Source of the DNA: a virus
Lineage: Duplodnaviria; Caudoviricetes
Reading direction: 5' to 3' (one strand)
Length of the DNA stretch: 54,268 nt
IMG/VR virus record: IMGVR_UViG_3300009170_000002
Coordinates: 1-54,268 of that record
Shown: positions 28,714 to 37,151 of the stretch, one piece after another
Numbering within the stretch: position 1 is the stretch's first letter
How the letters are laid out: every line of letters starts with the position of its first letter
Position numbers and translations under genes: made by a program
Notes under the pieces: model-generated
Database searches by the model: none
The model's input: only the letters and a program-made list of their open reading frames with translations
What the model was told of the DNA's origin: nothing

Positions 28714-29155
28714 CCGATAATTTCCCTACTGGTTTACCCGATATAGTCGTAGTTGTCATGTCAATTTCAGTTCGTTGAGTGGGAGCCACTGTCTCACTCG
28801 CCCATCGAGCAAAATCGCTCGCGTCTTTGTCACGCAACGCAATTATTGTTCCGTCAGGATTTGTGGCCATCCCCGTCATTGCCAATTGGAGGATACGTAA
28901 ACGCAAACCTTCCGCAACGGTCACCTCAACGAATTCACCCTTAAGGTGGTCCCACGCGGTACACATCCGCGTTTCAGTCATCTCAATCAAATCGGTACGA
29001 AAATTGCGAGGACCTCTAGGGGCACCTTTAGGGTTACCACTCTCACCTTTTTTCCATGCCGTTCGTGGTGCTTTCCGTTTTGCTTTGGTAACGGGAGGAG
29101 GTGAAATTGGAGCGCCCAATGACTCGCTAGCCGGAATTTCTTCTTTTTTCTTCAC
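28607..29155 (-). CDS. terS: Terminase small subunit
   Basis: WKKGESGNPKG.P.G motif; immediately upstream of terL. Confidence 0.75.
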   Translation of the reverse strand: MKKKEEIPASESLGAPISPPPVTKAKRKAPRTAWKKGESGNPKGAPRGPRNFRTDLIEMTETRMCTAWDHLKGEFVEVTVAEGLRLRILQLAMTGMATNPDGTIIALRDKDASDFARWASETVAPTQRTEIDMTTTTISGKPVGKLSDAELATLIERELRATVPSDTGSETTPPPDTDAIGA

Positions 29156-29211
29156 ATTTCACCTTATGTGTTCCCGTCTGTTTCGTGACCGTTGTCCGCC
29201 GCCGGCGCCGA

Positions 29212-29976
29212 TCAAAGTTTGAAGACCAATACAACATTGTCATCAATTGGAATATGAACTTCATTGTCAGTGAAGTCACGACCAAGAAGTGCCATCGTTG
29301 ACTTGACAGCAACTAATCGTGGCCCCGATGGTGGTTCAGGTTTTGGTTCGGGCACTAACGTCATAGTCTCAGAAACGTTAGCGTCCAAGTTTGACTTACA
29401 AATCGGATCATTCCGGTAGTGGGAAGTGTACTGCCAAAGTTCGGTATATGTCCATGGTGCCGGTACTAGTCCTGGGTTCCAAACCAGGTCCCTGCATTTT
29501 GGTATATTCGATTCATTTGGATATCGTGCACCCCACCACTCACCTACTTTCTTTGTGGTACCTATCATCCGTTTCCACCACTCATATCGTGAGTAGGTGA
29601 GGATTAAGGCCTCGGCACGGAAACGTTGATAGAGCATCCAGATCAGAGCGTTGTAGGTGTCGGTCCGTTTCGTCATCGTGACACCACCATCCAATTCGAC
29701 ATCGAGTGCCACGATCTTGACGGGGTATCCGGTAACGGCTTTGAGAAAATTATCGTAATGGGATTGTGCCGAGTAAATGGGGGATAAAACACAATAAGCA
29801 CCGAGGGTGAGACCCGCAGCGAGAACTGCCCGTGCATATTCATGAAACCGCTCATCTACGTACCCGGCACCGACAGTGGCACGGACAATTACTGATGTGA
29901 AACCAGCATTTCGTGCCGCTTCAAAACTAGTAATAGTGTTCCATTTGGAAACGTCAAGATGGCATGTTCTCATCAC
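29212..29976 (-). CDS. Endolysin, GH25 muramidase
   Basis: DVSKW, VRAT.G, GAY, ALDVE (DxE), WQYTS, LDAN motifs. Confidence 0.85.
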   Translation of the reverse strand: MMRTCHLDVSKWNTITSFEAARNAGFTSVIVRATVGAGYVDERFHEYARAVLAAGLTLGAYCVLSPIYSAQSHYDNFLKAVTGYPVKIVALDVELDGGVTMTKRTDTYNALIWMLYQRFRAEALILTYSRYEWWKRMIGTTKKVGEWWGARYPNESNIPKCRDLVWNPGLVPAPWTYTELWQYTSHYRNDPICKSNLDANVSETMTLVPEPKPEPPSGPRLVAVKSTMALLGRDFTDNEVHIPIDDNVVLVFKL

Positions 29977-30326
29977 TCACCATCAGTAGGGGCGCCAATA
30001 CGTGCCTTTTCCTCCACCCCTTGCAGGTATTTCTCAACCATCCGGAAAAATAGGGCACCTAACTGCTCATAGAATAGGGCAGCAGTAAAGCCATAGGCCA
30101 ATGAAGCAAAAACGATACCGGTAATGGTCTGAAAGTTCCAAACTGGATTTTGAACGGAACCCACCAGGTAGAGGCCACCAAAGCCAAGGCCAAAAATCAG
30201 AGCAGAGGCGGTGAGCCAATGACCGGTCACGCCAAATTTCTTGACGACGAAGACGGCCGAAATGATGACGAAAATGATGGGAATTCCTTGCCACGCAGCG
30301 TTCCAAAATGATGGATCAATGTTCAT
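29973..30326 (-). CDS. Holin
   Basis: Three TM segments, adjacent to the endolysin, RBS ggagg. Confidence 0.75.
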   Translation of the reverse strand: MNIDPSFWNAAWQGIPIIFVIISAVFVVKKFGVTGHWLTASALIFGLGFGGLYLVGSVQNPVWNFQTITGIVFASLAYGFTAALFYEQLGALFFRMVEKYLQGVEEKARIGAPTDGE

Positions 30327-30489
30327 ACGTTCCTCCTAAGGGTGGGCTCACCGAAATGAGCCATTTGAATTAAGCTTCCAAACAACATTATATCATACTT
30401 TATGTGCATATTGATGTGAATACCAATATGGGGTATGCCCTTTTTATCGTTTTCGTTTGCGGGTTCATAGTCGTTTACTTTGCCGCTAT

Positions 30490-30701
30490 CTTAATCGTAA
30501 CCGTAACGGTTAAGGTAACGATTAAGGTTGATTAGGTCATTTGATATAATCAGTCTAGGTTGATTCGTTATTTTAGTTATTTTTTTCTTAATCAACCTTA
30601 ATCTTAATCAACCTTAATCGTAATCAACCTTAATCGTAATCAACCTTAATCGTAATCAACCTTAATCGTAACCGTAATCTTAATCAACCTTAATCTTAAT
30701 C
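30490..30701. repeat. Iteron-like 16-bp tandem repeats (TAATCAACCTTAATC[G/T]); candidate replication origin
   Basis: Five contiguous units at 30589-30668, a sixth at 30681-30696, one inverted copy at 30519-30534; AT-rich flanks; divergent intergenic region. Confidence 0.75.
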
Positions 30702-30843
30702 TATCATATATCACTATATATATACGTGCCGGCACTTTTACTATGAAATGCCATCGTGCCCTATTTTGAGGAGGTTCGGTCGCGAGCCCCCTCATATCGG
30801 GGCAATTTGGCTAATGATGACCCAACAAACTGCGATAATATCT

Positions 30844-30952
30844 TCCTAAATGAACAGAACACGAATGTTTGTTATTTCACTCCGACACCTAATTCCCTAA
30901 GAATTAGGGGGAAGGTGTGAAATAACACACAGAGTGTTCTGTTCATTTAGGA
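30844..30952. repeat. 109-bp imperfect inverted repeat (long hairpin/cruciform)
   Basis: 19-bp perfect outer arms 30844-30862/30934-30952, 11-bp arms 30870-30880/30917-30927, 8-bp arms 30888-30895/30901-30908. Confidence 0.85.
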
Positions 30953-31063
30953 TACCGGTCGCCAGAACACGGGCGGCATCACGAATTTCAAAACTCGTTT
31001 TGTACCGTGACAAATGTGTATTATAATGACCAAAGTAATTATTTTAGTGTTTGGGAGAATGTA

Positions 31064-31960
31064 ATGGCAGACGAGTCAGTTTTGAAAGTGGGTAACCCAC
31101 TCAAGAGGCACCCGGTAGAGACGGCCCTTTTGACGGGATTGGGATCGGTTGAGACAACGATTACCAAAAATAAATTTCATGGGGCGACGGTGGGCTTTTG
31201 CGCTCGTCAATCAATCCTACACACGATGGTTGACCCCAATTATTCCGAACTCGTATCACCGGCGAGTGCGTTCTATTTTGCAATTGGTTCAGCGATGCAT
31301 CAGGTCGTATCAGGGGGACTCAAGCGGGCAGGCATTCTGGTTTTTTCCGAATTAAAAATAGAGGCACCAGAATTTGGTCCACCAAAATTGGATCTCGTAC
31401 GCGGGTATGTCGATAACATAATTGAGATTGATGGCAAGTTGGCGATAACTGATGTGAAAAGTTGTGGGTCTCTGCCAAAGGAGCCGAAAATGGCTCACGC
31501 GGCACAGGCCCGTGCGTATTCTTTGATCACGGGAATTATGTCGGCCTATATTCATTACATCAGTCGGAGTGTCGCATCCTGGGATGGGAAACTGATCCAG
31601 GCGGTTTTGAAGGTGGACAATTCTAAAACGGCAGTTACGATGACTGCAACGGAAATGGCAAAGAGTCATGTTTTTGCTCAAGAAGATTTGCTCCCTCCAA
31701 TTCCTCCGCACATTACGAACCAATCAAAATGCGGATTTTGTCCATTCAAGGCATTTTGTTGGGAGGGCGACGAAACGATCCCCATTGACGATAACCTAAA
31801 TTGTTTTCCAGAAATGGCTACCGTCGAGGCGCTTATGCTCGAAGTCGATGAGTATGCCCAAAAGTACATTGATGGGATACCGACTCGTCGTGAAGCGATT
31901 ATGGAAAAAATAAATTTCGCCAGGGAGTTTGACGATCCTGAAATGAAGGGGCACGCATAA
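31064..31960 (+). CDS. Cas4-like PD-(D/E)XK exonuclease with Fe-S cysteines (start refined to ATG 31064)
   Basis: GFCAR, G.AMH, GYVD...DVKS, Q...Y, CGFCPFKAFC. Confidence 0.85.
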   Translation: MADESVLKVGNPLKRHPVETALLTGLGSVETTITKNKFHGATVGFCARQSILHTMVDPNYSELVSPASAFYFAIGSAMHQVVSGGLKRAGILVFSELKIEAPEFGPPKLDLVRGYVDNIIEIDGKLAITDVKSCGSLPKEPKMAHAAQARAYSLITGIMSAYIHYISRSVASWDGKLIQAVLKVDNSKTAVTMTATEMAKSHVFAQEDLLPPIPPHITNQSKCGFCPFKAFCWEGDETIPIDDNLNCFPEMATVEALMLEVDEYAQKYIDGIPTRREAIMEKINFAREFDDPEMKGHA

Positions 31961-32226
31961 TGGCCCAATTATTCAAGAACGTCAACGTGACTAAGGCAAC
32001 CTGCAAAATCAGTTGCTATTGCGATCAAGGGGAAATTACCGTAATGTATCCGGTAATGTATCCGGTTCATCAAATTGCTTGTCCGTATTGCGGGAATGTT
32101 CTTCACATTGAATGGATCTTCCAAGTTGCAACTCACATCGAAATACCTTCCGAAGAATTCCTTCAAATTCAAAATGAGCGTATCCAGGAATGGAACGAAA
32201 AGCATGGGAGACCGTATGTCCAATAA
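31960..32226 (+). CDS. Small zinc-ribbon protein
   Basis: CYC and CPYC motifs; TAATG overlap. Confidence 0.7.
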   Translation: MAQLFKNVNVTKATCKISCYCDQGEITVMYPVMYPVHQIACPYCGNVLHIEWIFQVATHIEIPSEEFLQIQNERIQEWNEKHGRPYVQ

Positions 32227-32677
32227 TCCTTGTCCATTATGCGGCGGTGAACTTACCCAGGGTATTTCATCAATCGAAACAGCCCAATCCACTTTGGCTT
32301 TTCATTATGTAATTTGTGAGAATATCGTTGACCTTCATGGGTTCGAACAAGAATGTGAATTTTGGCATGTGTCGGGTTCTGCTGACGCCATGTTCGTTGA
32401 ATTGAATTTGAAACGAGGGATGACTGTTCGACGTGATCACCAATTGGTCCTTCCATTGAGGATGCCCCAAAGTGAGTCAAATCAAACTGTTTGGCCATTG
32501 GTAATCGGCGACATGGTTGACCGGATGGAGTATGGACGGCAAAAGTACGGAGTGGATTTGAAGCCATTTGACGGTCGTGACACTCTGGTTGACGCCTATC
32601 AAGAAGCCCTTGATTTGGCCGTTTATTTGAGAAAAGAGATTTTTGAACGAGATAACAAAATAAAGGAAATTTCATGA
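32216..32677 (+). CDS. Zinc ribbon plus MazG-like helical nucleotide pyrophosphatase domain (start refined to ATG 32216)
   Basis: CPLC N-terminus; R..YG.QKYG...DAYQEALDLAVYL motif. Confidence 0.65.
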   Translation: MSNNPCPLCGGELTQGISSIETAQSTLAFHYVICENIVDLHGFEQECEFWHVSGSADAMFVELNLKRGMTVRRDHQLVLPLRMPQSESNQTVWPLVIGDMVDRMEYGRQKYGVDLKPFDGRDTLVDAYQEALDLAVYLRKEIFERDNKIKEIS

Positions 32678-33630
32678 CACGTCTTTCTGTTGCTCAAAGT
32701 GTTCTTTATGATGCCCCCCGAACAATTTATTTTTATGCAACCTCATATTGTAATTCCAATTGTTCATATTGCATTTTTAGGAATTCGAACTTGGAGATGA
32801 AGCGAGAGCATCTTCCCCTTGATCTTCTTAAGAAAGTTGTCAAAGAGTCAAATCTTCTGAAACGCACGTCTTGGGTAATCCAGGGTGGCGAAATTGGCGA
32901 GCATCCACAGGCGGCTCAAATTGCAGAATTTTTACACCTAAATGGGCACTTCGTAACCTTGTTGACCAATGCGATCCACATTCCCAGTTCAATAAGAATG
33001 CTTCCATTTGTTGATGCGATCACAATTTCATTTGATGGTCGCCGTCATGATATCGTGAGAGGTGCCCCCGGAAATACGGAGTCAATTTTCGAATACATCA
33101 AACAGGTGCGCGAAAAGGCAATCAATCCAGTTGACCTCACACTCCAGATGACTTTGGGACCTTGGAATACGAATTTGGATGAGGTCATATATGTAAAGGA
33201 ACTCGCCGATGAACACCACGTTGGTTTACGTATCAATGTGGCATCGGACACTGGCGTTTTAGGTAATGGTAACTATACCCAAAATATTGAGAAGCTTGCC
33301 AAAATTGAGGTGTATTTCGAAAGTGAAGGCGAAAATTTTACGGCACGCTATCTTCGTGAATATGTCAAACACCTCAAAGGCGAACGATTGCCCTGTGTTT
33401 CGACTTCAATTTATTCGACGATCCTCCAGGACGGAAGGGTTCTTCTGTGTCAGGGATTGGATACTGAAGAGGCAACGATTGGGAACCTGCACGATAACAG
33501 ATTTGACGATATTTGGAATTGGGCCATGGACACCCGAAAAGAGCTTCGAACGTGCAATAAATGTGGGCTTTCATGTCAGTTGATGGGAGATATAAAATTC
33601 GATGAAACCTTCTATGCGCCGGAAAGTTGA
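32674..33630 (+). CDS. Radical SAM protein with SPASM/twitch domain
   Basis: CNSNCSYC (CxxxCxxC), GGE, LTN, ISFDG...HD.VRG; C...DG.V..C...IGNL...IW...C..C...C. Confidence 0.9.
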   Translation: MTRLSVAQSVLYDAPRTIYFYATSYCNSNCSYCIFRNSNLEMKREHLPLDLLKKVVKESNLLKRTSWVIQGGEIGEHPQAAQIAEFLHLNGHFVTLLTNAIHIPSSIRMLPFVDAITISFDGRRHDIVRGAPGNTESIFEYIKQVREKAINPVDLTLQMTLGPWNTNLDEVIYVKELADEHHVGLRINVASDTGVLGNGNYTQNIEKLAKIEVYFESEGENFTARYLREYVKHLKGERLPCVSTSIYSTILQDGRVLLCQGLDTEEATIGNLHDNRFDDIWNWAMDTRKELRTCNKCGLSCQLMGDIKFDETFYAPES

Positions 33631-33703
33631 TAAAGCACTTTGGTGGTTTTTGATCACCGTCATAGTCATATCAGTAATCATGGTTGCGATTGGCGGACGA
33701 TAA
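33602..33703 (+). CDS. 33-aa single-TM protein (absent from the ORF track)
   Basis: MKPSMRRKVDKALWWFLITVIVISVIMVAIGGR; RBS gggag upstream. Confidence 0.45.
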   Translation: MKPSMRRKVDKALWWFLITVIVISVIMVAIGGR

Positions 33704-33783
33704 TGTCACAATCATCTCATTACAACATTTTAGTAAAATCGTAATAAGATAAAAAAGTAAGTATTCTGAAATTAGGAGAGTTT

Positions 33784-34014
33784 ATGAAAATTTCCAAAAG
33801 CCTAAAGAAAGTGATCTTTGCCGCAATTCTTGCCCTCATAGCGGTAACATTTTTTCTTGTTGCGTTTCAAGTTGGCGCGACCGAGGATCCAATCAGATCG
33901 GATAACTTGTATGTTCCGATAGTGGAAAACAGTCACCCAACAGCAACTTATCCAGTAAGAGTTACCGCGACCTATCCTCTTAGAGAAACACCAACTTATC
34001 CAACGAGGCCATAA
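33784..34014 (+). CDS. Secreted/membrane peptide with LYVPIV motif and PTATYP repeats
   Basis: RBS aggag, signal-peptide-like N-terminus, Pro/Thr-rich tail. Confidence 0.7.
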   Translation: MKISKSLKKVIFAAILALIAVTFFLVAFQVGATEDPIRSDNLYVPIVENSHPTATYPVRVTATYPLRETPTYPTRP

Positions 34015-34016
34015 AT

Positions 34017-34235
34017 ATGTTTTCAACTTTCAAGTCGTGGTTGAGGGCTCAAGTCCGAGCCAATGAGGAATTCGTTCCAACTTACGTTTTATTGAATAAG
34101 AATGTTGATCCACAGGCAAAATCTGGTGGCCCTAGCAAACATACCGCAGGAAGAAAAGGTCATCGTTTTGGTCAAACCAAAAAGGCTCGAAAGATCGCAA
34201 AAGAGAGCCGACGTATCAATCGAAACCGTAACTAG
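34017..34235 (+). CDS. Small basic protein
   Basis: K/R-rich C-terminus RKIAKESRRINR. Confidence 0.6.
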   Translation: MFSTFKSWLRAQVRANEEFVPTYVLLNKNVDPQAKSGGPSKHTAGRKGHRFGQTKKARKIAKESRRINRNRN

Positions 34236-34256
34236 AGAGAAAAAGGAGAAAATGAA

Positions 34257-34700
34257 ATGAACGACAATGAACGTGCCCGAAATTTTTCAAAATTGCAAGG
34301 GCAAATTCGTAACCAAGTTAGAGAAATGATCTTCTCATCCCCCGGCAAAGTAACGACTTTGCAAAATCGTCCCTATACCGTTTGCATCATTACTTTCCAA
34401 GACACCTCAGCACCTGGCCTAATCAATACCGATCACCTAATGGGGCTTGGCTTTTCCAAAGTTCTTACTGGTGACGAGTGGCATCCGAAACGTGGTCGAG
34501 AAATTGCAACCGAACGAGCGATTGACAATTTGGTCGAGAAGATTATGGATCTTACCTACCCTGGCGTTTTCGACTTCTCTCGTCGGCCACACAACCCTGA
34601 TAATGGAAAAATCCCTGATGACGGCATGCGGCTTATTGATGCGGAAAGTATGGCAAAAATTCTTCAGGCTTCCGGCGTCGAGGTTGAGGTAAAGGAGTAG
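34257..34700 (+). CDS. Hypothetical phage protein
   Basis: RBS aaggag; G.SK...D.W...GREIA.ERA motif. Confidence 0.75.
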   Translation: MNDNERARNFSKLQGQIRNQVREMIFSSPGKVTTLQNRPYTVCIITFQDTSAPGLINTDHLMGLGFSKVLTGDEWHPKRGREIATERAIDNLVEKIMDLTYPGVFDFSRRPHNPDNGKIPDDGMRLIDAESMAKILQASGVEVEVKE

Positions 34701-34703
34701 GTC

Positions 34704-35012
34704 ATGAACCGAGTCTTCGATGCGGCAATCATTGGTGAAGAACTTTGGAAAGAATTCTTCCCCACTGTTTCAGAAAAGGTCGACCTACACGGGCAATCAA
34801 AATCGAAGTTTGCCAAATCGATAAAGCCTCATTTTATTGAGAGTCGTTCTCTCATTGACATTTTCGTTTACTATCGACTTTTCAAATATCGTGTTTATGA
34901 TTTGAAGAAACTTTCACCATCCATTTATGCTAAAATTGGAAATGAGGTTCTGAGCCTTATCCAACTTTTGGTGAAAAGACATCTTTCTGATGATGAGCGT
35001 GAAAATGGCTAA
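34704..35012 (+). CDS. Hypothetical protein
   Basis: RBS aaggag; in operon. Confidence 0.65.
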   Translation: MNRVFDAAIIGEELWKEFFPTVSEKVDLHGQSKSKFAKSIKPHFIESRSLIDIFVYYRLFKYRVYDLKKLSPSIYAKIGNEVLSLIQLLVKRHLSDDERENG

Positions 35013-35406
35013 AGCGCCTCTTGATAGATATCTGTCTGAAATTTATGGGGTTACCTTTCACAACGGGAAGGTTTCCCAAATTGAAGAAAATTTTTGGATG
35101 GTCCCTAAAGTAAAATTTCTTCAAATCGTTGACGAACACCCCAATCTATGTGTTGATGACGGAATTGGGATGACAGTCTTGGTCAAAGACGACATGAACT
35201 TTCTTATTGGTACTCTGAACTTCAATACAGGGGTGGTTTTTGAAGGGGAATTCCTCCGCACCACTTTTGGGAGTGCGGAATTTATTAGAGTCGTCAAGGC
35301 ACCAAAACTGTTGATAAGACGGACAAACCTTCACACGTTACTTAGCCCATTAGAGATTGAGAAAGTTGCTGAGGGAATTTGTGCGAAAATTGGGGGCGTT
35401 GAATAA
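35005..35406 (+). CDS. Hypothetical protein (start uncertain, 34990-35005)
   Basis: Overlapping in-operon ORF. Confidence 0.6.
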   Translation: MAKAPLDRYLSEIYGVTFHNGKVSQIEENFWMVPKVKFLQIVDEHPNLCVDDGIGMTVLVKDDMNFLIGTLNFNTGVVFEGEFLRTTFGSAEFIRVVKAPKLLIRRTNLHTLLSPLEIEKVAEGICAKIGGVE

Positions 35407-35464
35407 TTTCATATTTTATTGGTAGAAAAAATCCTCTTTTCCGTCTGACATGAAATATGACATT

Positions 35465-35535
35465 TGTAATGCGAAAATCATTACATTTGTCATATTTTAT
35501 TATATGTACTTTTTTCTAAATGTGTAGTAGAATTG
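35465..35535 (+). promoter_or_regulatory. Family A promoter cassette, copy 6
   Basis: TGTAATG..CATTACATTTGTCAT, TGTACT(35505)-N17-TAGAAT(35528). Confidence 0.7.
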
Positions 35536-35577
35536 CATCATTCAAGGATAAAAATTTTTAGAAAAGAGGATAAGAAA

Positions 35578-36825
35578 ATGTTACGAGCCGTGAAGCACAC
35601 CGTTTTAGTGAAAGTTCTTGGAGGAAATAAAGCCCAATTGGTGCATGGTCATCCGTGCATGTGGGATAAGGTCACCGTTTTCAACCACACGAAATTCGGA
35701 CCAGTTGCGATTGGCAAGCAAATTTCCGCAACTTTTTCAGTTACCCCCAAGAGGCGCTATCTTTTAGGAATTCGTGAGTGGGAAACCTCTCTAACCGTGG
35801 AAGAATTCCAGGCGAACTACTCCTCGACTTTGGCGAAGCAAGCCGAAGCTCATGCGAAAGTCGCACGAGAAGATTGGGGAATTGAGACCATCACCCCCCC
35901 AACCGCAGCATTCACTCGTCCTTCAGAGCCCGTTTTTGAAATGAATTCATCTCCATTTCCAGTCGAAGCCCCCAAAGCAGCAGTCCCCAACGTTCTTCCA
36001 AAGGGGAAAAGCGTCAAGGCAGTTTGGCAGGACGGAGTTTATCTTGATCATGACGCAATGAAAGTTTTTGGAACCGCCCTTGCACTTGCGAATGCTGGCG
36101 AGACCGTCAACGTCCTGATGGTTGGTCCTAGCGGTTACGGAAAAACGACCATCCCCGAGAAGGTTGCACGCACCAACGGAATGGACGTTATCCGGATGAA
36201 CTGCGCGGCAGTAAGAGACCCAGAAGAATGGTTCGGTTATCGTGAGGCAGTTGATGGATCGACCGTTTTCGTCCCAACCGAATTCACCAAAACCATCATC
36301 GGCGGGAATGCGATCGTAATTTTGGACGAGTTCAATCGCGTAGAACCATGGTTGACCAACACACTTTACCCACTTTTGGACGACGCACGAAGCACCTTGG
36401 TTCACGGCGAACGGATCACTTGCGGAGAGAACCTCATCTTTGTAGCGACGATCAACCAAGGTTTTGAGTTTACCGGAACCTTCGCTTTAGATGCAGCACT
36501 CACCAATCGCTTCGATATGATTGTCCACGTTTCAGCACTCCCTCAGGATATCGAAGAAGAAGTTTTGATCACTCGAACGGGAGTCACCCCTGTAACTGCG
36601 AAAGTGATTGTGTCAATCAACAATGCACTTCGGTTGATGGTGATGGACGGCAAAATCGATATCGATCCGAGCACAAGAACCTCGATCAAAATCGCCAAGA
36701 TGGTTAGTGGCGGGATCATGAGCCTTAAGGATGCGTTCAAGTTTGTGGTAATGAATTCTGCTCAAGACGGAATTCGCGAAATAAACGATGTCATCAATAT
36801 CGAACTTTCGAAAGTGAACCCCTAA
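35578..36825 (+). CDS. MoxR/CobS-like AAA+ ATPase (start refined to ATG 35578)
   Basis: GPSGYGKT, ILDEFNR, ATIN, LDAALTNRF, STR motifs. Confidence 0.9.
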   Translation: MLRAVKHTVLVKVLGGNKAQLVHGHPCMWDKVTVFNHTKFGPVAIGKQISATFSVTPKRRYLLGIREWETSLTVEEFQANYSSTLAKQAEAHAKVAREDWGIETITPPTAAFTRPSEPVFEMNSSPFPVEAPKAAVPNVLPKGKSVKAVWQDGVYLDHDAMKVFGTALALANAGETVNVLMVGPSGYGKTTIPEKVARTNGMDVIRMNCAAVRDPEEWFGYREAVDGSTVFVPTEFTKTIIGGNAIVILDEFNRVEPWLTNTLYPLLDDARSTLVHGERITCGENLIFVATINQGFEFTGTFALDAALTNRFDMIVHVSALPQDIEEEVLITRTGVTPVTAKVIVSINNALRLMVMDGKIDIDPSTRTSIKIAKMVSGGIMSLKDAFKFVVMNSAQDGIREINDVINIELSKVNP

Positions 36826-36850
36826 ACAGATTATCCTCTTCTCCTTGAAT

Positions 36851-36884
36851 GGGAGGCTTCTAAGCTAAATACTTAGAGTCTCCC
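36851..36884 (+). terminator. Hairpin after the AAA+ gene (probable terminator)
   Basis: gggaggcttctaag-ctaaata-cttagagtctccc; no clear U-tract. Confidence 0.5.
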
Positions 36885-36913
36885 TAAGGGGGGTGAAAAA
36901 TCATGAAACGCTC

Positions 36914-36960
36914 GATGTATATTCTATCATCTAAATCCGCTGCGTGTCTCTGGTCCTCAC
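36914..36960 (-). repeat. Family B 47-bp element, copy 2
   Basis: Same 22+N7+18 consensus, on the minus strand. Confidence 0.85.
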
Positions 36961-37020
36961 CAGGAGGTCACAAATATCAACGTAGAATGTATTTATGTAT
37001 CATTTTGATACATTTTGTGA

Positions 37021-37114
37021 AATGTAATGAAATGTAATGCCAAAATCATTACATTTGTCATATAACGAATTTCATTTCTACTATGTACACTTTACTGCTT
37101 CGGTGATAGAATTG
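37021..37114 (+). promoter_or_regulatory. Family A promoter cassette, copy 7
   Basis: TGTAATG x2, CATTACATTTGTCAT, TGTACA(37084)-N17-TAGAAT(37107). Confidence 0.8.
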
Positions 37115-37151
37115 TGTCAATAATCAATTTTGAGAGAAAAAAGAGGAAAAA

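Noticed and set aside
5156-29600. Numerous plus-strand ORFs within the structural region (e.g. 6305-6838, 12394-13188)
   Set aside because: They are antisense shadows of well-supported minus-strand virion genes, without an RBS or recognisable motifs.
30589-30701. Mini-CRISPR next to the Cas4-like gene
   Set aside because: The units are contiguous 16-mers with no unique spacers.
33700-33760. Twelfth family A promoter
   Set aside because: It has TGTCAC and CATTACA boxes but lacks the TGTACA-N16/17-TAGAAT core, so it is at most a degenerate copy.
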